Part shown: positions 1 to 7,879 of the stretch, piece by piece
How the letters are laid out: each line of letters begins with the position of its first letter
Position numbering within the stretch: the first letter of the stretch is position 1
NCBI RefSeq assembly: GCF_006345805.1
Contig: NW_021826767.1
Coordinates: 1-11,996 of the forward strand
Origin: Octopus sinensis
Taxonomy: Eukaryota
Reading direction: 5' to 3'
DNA: 11,996 bases
Made by a program: the position numbers and the translations under genes
Notes under the pieces: model-generated
What the model was told of the DNA's origin: nothing
Database searches by the model: none
Seen by the model: the letters and a program-made list of their open reading frames with translations, nothing else

Positions 1-32
1 ATTGAACTCATAACCTTGCGATTATGAGCCAA
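1..32 (-). mobile_element. Fragment of a tRNA-derived SINE head, cut by the window edge
   Basis: The minus strand reads GGCTCATAATCGCAAGGTTATGAGTTCAAT, an anticodon-arm/B-box-like segment, and abuts (TA)n. Confidence 0.4.
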
Positions 33-235
33 ATATATATATGTATATATGTATACATACATCATGGACTCCTCTGTTGTTAAACGATGTATGAGGGTTC
101 TGCAAATCCTTGTTGCTCAACTACACAGATAATTTGTTTATAGTGATCAAATATTTATGCTCATATAAGCGCACTCTCTTCACCAAATTGACATTACCTG
201 TACAGGTGTGCACAGGTGTGCCACACATCAGATGT

Positions 236-296
236 CAAGCAACATAAAATAAAGTGTTTCACTCAAGAAATCAATGCAATGCCTACACTGGAAATC
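236..296 (-). mobile_element. Diverged SINE fragment (segment after the B box)
   Basis: The minus strand GATTTCCAGTGTAGGCATTGCATTGATTTCTTGAGTGAAACACTT resembles 7464-7510 (GATTCTCAGACCGGGCGTTG...TTGAGCGAAAACAC). Confidence 0.35.
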
Positions 297-300
297 ATAT

Positions 301-683
301 TGCCATGTGGTAAGAAGCTCATTTCCTAACCATATGGTGCTGGGTTCAATCCCATTGCATAGCATCTACAATAGTCTTCTACAATAGTCTTCTACAATAG
401 TCTTGTGGGTGGGTTTGGTTGATGGAAACTAAAAGAAACCTTTTGTGTGTGTGGGTGTTGTGTGTGTGTGTTTTTGTTTGTGCCTCCCCCTGCTGTCTTA
501 CTGCTTGACAACTGATTTTGGTGTGGTTACAGCCCTGTAACTTAGTGGTTCAGCAAAAAAGACCAATAGAATAAGTACCAGGCTTACAAGAAAAAATAAT
601 GTTCCCTTGACTCAAGCTTTTCCGAGGCAGTGCCCCAGGATGGCCACGGTCAAATGACTGAAACAAATAAAGGACAGAAGATA
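301..683 (+). mobile_element. SINE family A, older diverged copy
   Basis: A-box-like TGCCATGTGGTAAG, B-box-like GGTTCAATCCC, internal (TG)n linker and 3' GGCAGTGCCCCAGGATGGCCACGGTCAAATGACTGAAACAA tail; colinear with the copies at 1033 and 10559. Confidence 0.85.
366..404 (+). repeat. Three perfect tandem copies of a 13-bp unit (CTACAATAGTCTT) inside a SINE
   Basis: Units read directly at 366-378, 379-391 and 392-404. Confidence 0.95.
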
Positions 684-815
684 CACACACACATGCACAT
701 AAAGAATATATGTAGATTTGTATACATATATGTGTGTATATATGTGTATGTGTGTGTGTGTGTGCGCTTGCATGTGTGTGTGTGTCTCCATGTGTGTGTC
801 TATTGTTTCAACATA
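684..815. repeat. Compound (CA)/(TA)/(TG) microsatellite
   Basis: Read directly from the sequence. Confidence 0.9.
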
Positions 816-1030
816 TACTCTTTTACTCTTTTACTTGTTTCAGACATTTGACTATGGCCATGCTGGAGTATCGCCTTTAGTTGAGCAAATCGACCCCAGG
901 ACTTATTATTTGTAAGCCTCGTACTTATTCTAGGGGTCTCTTTTGCCGAACTGCTAAGTTACAGGGACATAAACACACCAGCATCAGTTGTCAAGCGATG
1001 TTGGGGGGACAAACACAGACACACACATAT
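816..1030 (-). mobile_element. SINE family A, 3' half only
   Basis: Reverse complement of the tail (TACTCTTTTACTCTTTTACTTGTTTCAG...) through GGGGGACAAACACAGAC; it stops in the internal (CA)n linker. Confidence 0.9.
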
Positions 1031-1032
1031 AT

Positions 1033-1176
1033 GCTTGCTAACCAACCACATGGCTTCGGGTTCAGTCCCACTGCGTGGCACCTTGGGCAAGTGTCTTCTA
1101 CTTTAGCCTAGGGCCAACCAAAGCCTTGTGATTGGATTTGGTAGGCGGAAACTGAAAGAAGCCCGTCGTATATATG

Positions 1177-1216
<40 letters not shown>

Positions 1217-1427
1217 TGTGTTTGTCCCCCCAAGATTGCTTGACAACCAATGCTGGGGTGTTTACGTCCCCATAACTTAGCAGTTCAGCAAAAGAGACCG
1301 ATAGAATAAGTACGAGGCTTACAAAGAATAAGTCCCAGGGTCGATTTCCCCGACTAAAAGCGGTGCTCCAGCATGGCCGCAGTCAAATGACTGAAACAAG
1401 TAAAAGAATAAAAAGAAAAGAAAGAAA
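1033..1427 (+). mobile_element. SINE family A, 5'-truncated (A box missing)
   Basis: Starts GCTTGCTAACCAACC, then B box GGTTCAGTCCC, CCTTGGGCAAGTG core, (TG)n linker and the CAGTCAAATGACTG AAACAAGTAAAAG tail. Confidence 0.92.
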
Positions 1428-1586
1428 TATATATATATATATATATATATACATACATAGATGTGTGTGTATATATATATATATTTATGTATGTATATAT
1501 ATATATATATATACACATGCGTGCACACACACACACTCACATATACACATACACATACATATATATATATGTGTGTGTGTGTGTGT
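1428..1586. repeat. Compound (TA)/(CA)/(TG) microsatellite
   Basis: Read directly from the sequence; it accounts for the overlapping low-complexity ORFs. Confidence 0.9.
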
Positions 1587-2017
1587 ACTTTAGTGAAGTT
1601 TTCCAGACACAAAAAGCTTTCTACGTCTGTGAAACTTTTGGCTACGTAAATCCGTGTAAAATGTTCCTACAAATATTTAACCTCTATGCTTTGTTGTCGA
1701 GTGCTTTCTTTTTCTTTCATTTGTAACTTATCTATGTGTGTGTATGCATATGTATACATAAACACACACACACACACTCATACACACACACCTGTATAAA
1801 CGTGCATGAAATAAACATGAAAACAGGGAAAAATTTGAACTCCTGCCTATAAACAGTGCCTAAAGCTAAAGAAAATCAGTGCACAGTGATATATCAAAAT
1901 CACTGCTGACCTCTCTGTCTGTGTGTCGCTCTCTCTCTCTCTCTCTCACTCGCTCTCACACACACAACACACATTCAAATATGTGTGCACATGCACACAC
2001 ATACACACACATGAAGG

Positions 2018-2241
2018 CTCTTCACTCTTTTACTCTTTTACTTGTTTCAGTCATTTGACTGTGGCCATGCTGGAGCACTGCCTTCAGTTGAGCAAATCGA
2101 CCCCCAGGACTTATTCTTTGTAAGCCTAGTACTTATTCTACCAGTCTCTTTTTGCTGAACCGCTAAGTTACGGGGACGTAAACACACTAACATCAGTTGT
2201 CAAGCGATGGTGGGGGACAAACACAGACACACAAACATACA

Positions 2242-2297
<56 letters not shown>

Positions 2298-2461
2298 TAC
2301 GACAGGTTTCTTTCAGTTTCCGTCTACCAAATCCAATCACAAGGTTTGGTCAGCCTGAGGCTATAGTAGAAGACACTTGCCCAAGGTACCACATAGTGGG
2401 ACTGAACCCGGAACCATGTGGTTGGTAAGCAAGCTACTTACCACACAGCCACTCCTACACA
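2018..2461 (-). mobile_element. SINE family A, full length
   Basis: Complete head (minus strand GTGTAGGAGTGGCTGTGTGGTAAG...GGTTCAGTCCC), (CA)n linker and TAAAAGAG-repeat tail. Confidence 0.95.
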
Positions 2462-2610
2462 TATGTATGTATTTTTTTTTATAACAGAATACTTTTAAAA
2501 TGTTGTCAATGGTTTAATGCAAATGTATTTGCAATTATTTTATTGTAATTTGAGTAATACTGGCAACTTATTGTGAAACCATTTGTTTCTTATAACCACA
2601 CCCTACTAAC

Positions 2611-2639
2611 AGGCATGGGTGTAGCTGTGCAGTAAGAAA
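2611..2639 (+). mobile_element. SINE A-like head fragment (A-box region)
   Basis: AGGCATGGGTGTAGCTGTGCAGTAAGAAA compared with AGGCACAGGAGTGGCTGTGTGGTAAGTAG at 5421. Confidence 0.45.
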
Positions 2640-2688
2640 CTGAAGAGCTATACCAGGTAGCTATAAGAGAAACTAGGTGACCAGTTTG
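2640..2688 (+). ncRNA. Degenerate type-I hammerhead ribozyme-like motif
   Basis: CTGAAGA core; stem II CTATA/TATA(A)G; GAAA; stem III A-CTAG-gtga-CCAG-T with one mismatch; UU cleavage dinucleotide at 2685-2686. Stem I is weak. Confidence 0.5.
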
Positions 2689-2928
2689 ACTAAGGGAGAA
2701 TTGGAAAAGAAGCCTCTCAATATCCTGAGGTTTCAGGACCAGTTTGCTAAACACTGAAAAACATGGAAACTTCAAAGACATTTCAGATGGTATTCATGAT
2801 ATGGCATGATAATGCTGCAAACTGATTGGTTGATAATCAGAATAGACTGCATGATTTCAATGTGATCTGTGCATGGTATGGACCTGACTGCTGAATATTT
2901 GCGGTTTGATTCTAGGTCTCACTACACA
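2640..2928 (+). mobile_element. Putative PLE-derived non-coding segment downstream of the hammerhead-like motif
   Basis: Non-microsatellite block that begins exactly at a hammerhead-like core and has no sustained ORF. The family assignment is inference. Confidence 0.35.
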
Positions 2929-3096
2929 AGGTGCAGGCATGACTGTATGGTAAGATATTTGCTTCCCAACCACATGGTTCTGGGTTCTACTCCACTGCAT
3001 GGCTCTTTGGGCAAGTATCCTCTACTATGTCCTTGGGCTGGCCAAAGTCTTGTGAGAGGATACGATAGGCAGAAACTGAAAGAAGCCCATCGTATA
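2929..3096 (+). mobile_element. SINE family A, 5' half only (diverged)
   Basis: Head AGGTGCAGGCATGACTGTATGGTAAG through GAAACTGAAAGAAGCCCATCG; it ends in the (TA)/(CA) linker. Confidence 0.85.
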
Positions 3097-3160
3097 CGTA
3101 CATACATACATATATATATGTGTATATATATACATACATATATATATGTATATATATATG

Positions 3161-3975
3161 GTTAATCCAAACGAGAAAACAGAAAAGACAACAACACAAA
3201 GAGGTGGAACAATTAAAGTATTATTATTAGGAGCTCAGGAAAAAGGGAAGAAGGAGGGTATGACGTTTCAAGCGGAGCTCTTCGTCGGAAACATAAGAGA
3301 AAGAAAGATCTCGAGGTGGGAGGACGGAGGGAAAAAAAACGCGACTGGTCTTCACGAGGTAAACATACTGAAAGGCAGGAAGTCGTAGATGAGAGGGGAC
3401 AGGTTTTCAAAGGCAGGAGAGCGGAAAAAGAAGGTAGGTAAAAACACAATGAGTGGGAAGAAGAGGGTGTGTATGTGAGTATGTACGTGTGTGTGTGTGT
3501 ATGTGTGTGTAAGGCGACGGCTAGTGGCGAGCAGCGGTCGTAACGGTGTGCGAGATAAAAAATGTGTGTTTATTAGTGCGTGCGTCTGTGTGTAAGTGTG
3601 TGTACGTAGGGCGAAAGCTAGTGGACATAGCAGTCACAGGTCAGTAGTAAAAGGAGGAAGAAAGGGAATGTGTGCGTGCGTATGTACGTCCCATGTGTGT
3701 GTTTTGTTGTAGTATGTGTGTGTCCGTGTGCGTTTGTTGTATGTATGGCGAATAAATTTGCTTAACAGAGGGTATATGTAGGTGTGTGTGTGTGCTTATA
3801 TGTGCGTGTATGTATACTTGTGTGCATGTATGTATGTGTGCATGCTTGTGTGTGCGAGTGTTTAGGTGTGCGTATGTATGTGTGTGTCTGTGTTTATATG
3901 TGTGTACGTGTGTGTATGTGTGCGTGCGCGTGGAGGTATATGTTGGGTGTGTGTATGTGCCGGTGTGCATGTGAT
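3161..3975 (-). mobile_element. Non-autonomous Penelope-like (pLTR-type) element carrying a hammerhead motif, flanked by (TA)n
   Basis: CpG-retaining block. Its minus strand runs CA-rich tract, pyrimidine tract, hammerhead-like motif, ~100-nt tail, then (TA)n; the tail resembles that of 8453-8610. The 5' boundary is uncertain. Confidence 0.55.
3258..3292 (-). ncRNA. Minimal type-I hammerhead-like ribozyme with a CCGACGA (U4C) core
   Basis: Minus strand GTTT-CCGACGA-A-GAGC tcc GCTT-GAAA-CG-TC|ATAC: stem II 4 bp, palindromic stem III ACGT, GUC triplet, stem I 3 of 4 pairs. Confidence 0.62.
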
Positions 3976-3986
3976 ATGTGTATATA

Positions 3987-4025
<39 letters not shown>

Positions 4026-4070
4026 CTCTATCTATATCTATATCTATCTATCTATCTGTCTGTCTATCTC

Positions 4071-4117
<47 letters not shown>

Positions 4118-4135
4118 CTCTCTCTATATATATAT
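3976..4135. repeat. (TA)n and (TATC)n microsatellite
   Basis: Read directly from the sequence. Confidence 0.95.
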
Positions 4136-4168
4136 TAGAAGGTTTGGAGATGATGTACAGGTATTATA

Positions 4169-4460
4169 TATTAGAAGAAATAAAGTACTCAGAAATCTGG
4201 ATGGTTTTATATTTACAAATATTTATTAATATGTCACATGTTTTTACAAATCATATTAGCGCTATCTTATATCTCTCTCCACCCCTGCACACTTACTAAT
4301 ACTATAAAAAGAGACAAATCTCCTGAAAATGTTCAATCTGAAGACTCCACTAGAGTGGATGCAAGCGCTAATATATGATTTATAAAAACGTGTGACATAT
4401 TAATAAATATCTGTAAATATAAAACCATCCAGATTTCTGAGTACCTTATTTCTTCTAATA
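4169..4460. mobile_element. Fold-back element 1: ~95-bp inverted arms (4169-4263 and 4364-4460) with a 100-bp spacer
   Basis: Manual alignment of the arms gives 4 substitutions plus one 2-nt indel; both outer ends lie in TA-rich sequence. Confidence 0.9.
4333..4378 (+). ncRNA. Degenerate hammerhead-like motif at the inner end of the fold-back arm
   Basis: CTGAAGA-c-TCCAC taga GTGGA-t-GCAA (GAAA expected)-GCGCT-A; palindromic stem III AGCGCT; partial stem I TCAAT/ATAT(AT)GA. Confidence 0.4.
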
Positions 4461-4468
4461 ATATATAT

Positions 4469-4698
4469 GGTGACCCAAAAGTAGGTTTACAGTTATCGTG
4501 TGTGCACTTTAAATTTCTTTGGAAATATTTTATTACATTTAAATTTCAGTTACAAACTGAAAAGGGAGCTTGACAAAATTAACATAATTAGCATAGAATA
4601 ATGGTTTCATATTTTTTCATAATTAAGATCTAAACTATTAATCTATGAATGCAAAAGAAATAGTCGAATAACTGTAAACTTACTTTTGGGCCACCCTG
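4469..4698. mobile_element. Tc1/mariner-type MITE, ~230 bp
   Basis: The right TIR read inward is CAGGGTGGCCCAAAAGTAAGTTTACAGTTAT; the left TIR GGTGACCCAAAAGTAGGTTTACAGTTAT lacks the terminal CAG. TA-rich flanks; CAGGG termini are typical of the superfamily. Confidence 0.8.
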
Positions 4699-4751
4699 CA
4701 TATATATGTGTGTGTGTGTATGTTTATTGTCCTCTATTGCGTTTTTGTTCC

Positions 4752-4790
<39 letters not shown>

Positions 4791-4857
4791 TTATGTAAAC
4801 ATACATATATACATGTATATATCTATATTTATCTATATATCTATCTACATACATATA
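4699..4857. repeat. (TA)n-rich compound microsatellite
   Basis: Read directly from the sequence. Confidence 0.85.
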
Positions 4858-4979
4858 TACTCTTTACTCTTTGTAAGCTTAGTACTTATTCTATTGGTCT
4901 CTTTTACCAAACCGCTAAGTTACGGGGACGTAAACACACCAGCATCGGTTGTCAAGCGATGTTGGAGGGACAAACATAT

Positions 4980-5020
<41 letters not shown>

Positions 5021-5192
5021 CATATATGCGATGGGCTTCTTTCAGTTTCCGTCTACCAAATCCACTCACAAGGCTTTGGTCAGCCTGAGGCTATAGTAGA
5101 AGACACTTGCCCAAGGTGCCATGCAGTGGGACTGAACCTGGAACCATGTGGCTCGTAAGCAAGCTTCTTACCACACAGCCACTCCTACACCT
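4858..5192 (-). mobile_element. SINE family A with an ~80-nt deletion in the tail
   Basis: Complete head and linker; ACTCTTT is joined directly to GTAAGC, lacking the block seen at 2039-2119. Confidence 0.92.
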
Positions 5193-5420
5193 ATATGTGT
5201 GTTTGTTTCCCTATTATTGTTATTCTTTTGGGTTATGCGTATTTTCCTCCTGTCTTTCTGTTGTTTCTCGGGTCTTTCCATTTTTATTGCTATGTGTTTC
5301 TTGTTGTCTTTTGTGTCTTGTGAGTATTCTACTGTAGGTGTGTGTGTGTTTGTGTCATTTGGGGTTTTGTTTGGTGCGAACTTGGGTGCTTCATTGTAGT
5401 ATTGGGCCTGTGGTATTTAC

Positions 5421-5622
5421 AGGCACAGGAGTGGCTGTGTGGTAAGTAGCTTGTTTACCAACCACATGGTTCCAAGTTCAGTTCCACTGCTTGGCACCTT
5501 GGGCAAGTGTCTTCTACTATAGCCTCGGGCCAACCAATGCCTTGTGAGTGGATTTGGTAGACGGAAACTGAAAGAAGCCTGTCGTATATATATGTGTGTA
5601 TGTGTGTGTGTGTGTGTGTGTA
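5421..5622 (+). mobile_element. SINE family A, 5' half only
   Basis: AGGCACAGGAGTGGCTGTGTGG head through GAAAGAAGCCTGTCG; it ends in the (TG)n linker. Confidence 0.92.
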
Positions 5623-6649
5623 TCCATACTTGAGCTGAGTTGCTTGATCCCATTCTTATATCAAAAGAATTAGTTCTATCTGATTTCATCCATAGGTCTA
5701 TCAGCCACTACTAAATTCAAACCATGATGAACAGAGGAGATGGCCTTGAAGTCAACGATTTTAAACTAACAGAGACATCATTCGTATATTGCCTGAGGAA
5801 ACACAACTAGATCTCATTATACAAACAGTTGCATAATCAAATACTTGTATTCTTGGAGAACTACTTTGCTTCAAGACAGTTGTAGCAAATAATAAATAAA
5901 TGTCCAACCATACTCCTTCTTCTTGACTCCAATTTCTTCAAATTTATATTCACACATGACAAATGCTCAAATTTAAACTTGGAAGTATATACTAATACTA
6001 CTGATAGTATTTGGTAATTCTGAAGGTGAACGAGCTTTATACCACATTCCTAATATAACTATATATATGTGTGTGTATGTGTGTGTGTATGTGTGTGTGT
6101 TGTGTGTATGTGTATATGTATGTATATATAAACTAATTTCTGTGTGTCAGTGTATCACACTTAGACCTCCCTCTCTGACTATTCAATGACACTCCTACTA
6201 TTCTTCATGGTAGGGTGAGAGTAATAGTAGGCATAGAAACGGTGAGGTGGTGGTGAAGACAAACAGAGAGAGAAAGAGAGAGAGAGAGAGAGAGGGAGAG
6301 AAAGAGAGACAAAGAAATTTAGGGAGAGTTAATGTTTTTATTAAAAGTAGTAGTGTTGATGGTGACAGTGGGAGTAATAATAAGAGAGAGAGATAAAGAG
6401 TGGATATGTGAGAGGAAGAAGGAGATGATATATAACTTTGTTTAACCATGTCTCTTAGATGGAAATTCCTGTCACCAACATACTGGACACTATCATTTCT
6501 GCTTTATTTATTTCTTTCTTTAATACACACACACACACATGCACACACACACACACACACAAACTATTTAAATGAAATAAAGTTTCCCCAAAATAAAACA
6601 TATCTAATATAATAAATGTGAATGTGAGTGTGTCGCACTTTCTCAACTT

Positions 6650-6874
6650 GAATAAATCCTTTTTACTGGAAAGCACGAGGCCTCAAATTTTGGGGGAAGG
6701 GATTAAGTTGATTACATCGACCCAGTACATAACTGGTACTAATTTTATCGACATAAAAAGATGAAAGGCAAAAGTCGACCGGCAGAATTCGAACTCAAAA
6801 CCTAACAACAGACGAAATACCACTAAGCATTTCACCAGGCATACTCACAGTTCTGCCAGCTCACTACTGTGATA
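6650..6874 (-). mobile_element. SINE family B (tRNA-derived) nested in the Helitron
   Basis: The minus strand has GAGCTGGCAGAAC (A-box-like), GAGTTCGAATTC (B box) and a central GCCTTTCATC...GTCGATAAAATTAGTACC domain, followed by GGGTCGAT as in family A. Confidence 0.8.
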
Positions 6875-7074
6875 TAATATAATAAATGCGAATGTCAGTG
6901 TGTCACACCTCTTCAACTTTACTCTTAGAGGCCGTTTTCATTATTGTGATTGTTTTCGGCAATTTTTTTACGTGACATTTTGCAACAAATTTTTTTGTAG
7001 GATAACAATTTTATAATCTAAAGGCCAAATTATTTTTGGCGATTTTTCATGTTCTTTTTTTTTAGTGTGACAAA

Positions 7075-7152
7075 TATGATCATCATTGAGATATGACTCT
7101 GGAGGAAGCAACTGCAACAAATTCTCCAAAACAAGTCAGAGATCTGTTTGCA
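7075..7152 (+). pseudogene. Helitron RepHel coding remnant YDHH*DMTLEEATATNSPKQVRDLFA
   Basis: Manual translation matches the recalled inter-domain motif W..TL.EA....S..QLR.LFA of RepHel proteins; the W codon is mutated to TGA. Confidence 0.65.
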
Positions 7153-7176
7153 GATCTTCCCATTCAGGGTTCAGTT

Positions 7177-7213
7177 GCTTAAAAGCTGCCCGATAGGGTG
7201 GCTTTTAAGCTAG
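7177..7213 (+). other. Helitron 3' terminal hairpin plus CTAG
   Basis: GCTTAAAAGCTGCCC-gata-GGGTGGCTTTTAAGC (13 Watson-Crick and 2 G-T pairs), running into CTAG. Confidence 0.85.
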
Positions 7214-7214
7214 T

Positions 7215-7275
7215 ATATACATACATATATGTATATATATATAAGTGTGTATATGTGTGTGGGGGGTGCAGTATG

Positions 7276-7325
<50 letters not shown>

Positions 7326-7361
7326 ATATATATATATATAATATATATGATATATATATAT

Positions 7362-7404
<43 letters not shown>

Positions 7405-7406
7405 GT
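7215..7406. repeat. (TA)n-rich microsatellite
   Basis: Read directly from the sequence. Confidence 0.9.
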
Positions 7407-7632
7407 GAGGCGCAATGGCCAGTGGTTAGGGCAGCGGACTCGCGGTCGCAGGATCGCGGTTTCGATTCTCAGACCGGGCGTTGTGTGGTGTTTATTGAGC
7501 GAAAACACCTAAAAGCTCTACAAGGCTCCGCAGGGGGTTTGATCCCTGCTGTACTCTTTCACACAATGGCGGTGCCCCCGCATGGCCCAGCTCAAGAGCT
7601 GAACTGGGAAAACAAAAAAACAACACACAAAA
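7407..7632 (+). mobile_element. SINE family C (young, CpG-rich, tRNA-derived) inside (TA)n
   Basis: A box TGGCCAGTGGTTAGG, B box GGTTTCGATTC, 3' GGCGGTGCCCCCGCATGGCC shared with family A, and an A-rich tail. Confidence 0.82.
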
Positions 7633-7844
7633 TATATATATTATTTTATCGATATATATATATATGTATACCTATATATATATATATATATTTATACTAT
7701 ATATATTATATATGTATACATACATATATATATAATATATAATATATATATGTTACATACATATATATATCTAATTGGTGCGTGTGTATTTATATATGTC
7801 TATATATAATATATATATATATATTATATATTATATGTATATAT

Positions 7845-7879
<35 letters not shown>

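Larger units (their letters stand above)
6603..7213 (+). mobile_element. Non-autonomous Helitron, 611 bp
   Basis: Inserted between A6602 and T7214; 5' TC (TCTAATATAATAAATGTG); 15-bp 3' hairpin at 7177-7210 and terminal CTAG; internal RepHel-like peptide. Confidence 0.85.

Noticed and set aside
202-221. Tandem ACAGGTGTGC x2 with two CAGGTG E-boxes
   Set aside because: A 10-bp duplication in probable repeat-derived DNA; there is no evidence of regulatory function.
366-404. CRISPR-like short repeats
   Set aside because: The units are adjacent with no spacers, in a eukaryotic SINE context.
1590-1726. Unique island with an open frame (FSEVFQTQKAFYVCETFGY...) and a 13-bp imperfect hairpin at ~1598-1640
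   Set aside because: No recognisable protein, weak splice context, and the hairpin is short for AT-rich DNA.
3146-3388. 80-aa ORF with a 'KVLLLGAQEKGK' P-loop-like start
   Set aside because: It is the antisense of the hammerhead element tail; GxxxxGK[ST] is incomplete and there are no further GTPase motifs.
630-5096. Many 60-171-aa ORFs rich in YI/CV/HT dipeptides (e.g. 3784-4299, 4686-5096)
   Set aside because: They are translations of (TA)n, (TG)n and (CA)n microsatellites and SINE sequence, with no domain content.
5640-5960. Candidate exon with good-looking splice sites (minus strand TTTCCTCAG ... GTATGG)
   Set aside because: All three frames contain stops between the sites on either strand.
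7407-7480. Possible tRNA gene
   Set aside because: A and B boxes are present, but the acceptor and anticodon stems do not close and the sequence continues into a SINE body and tail.
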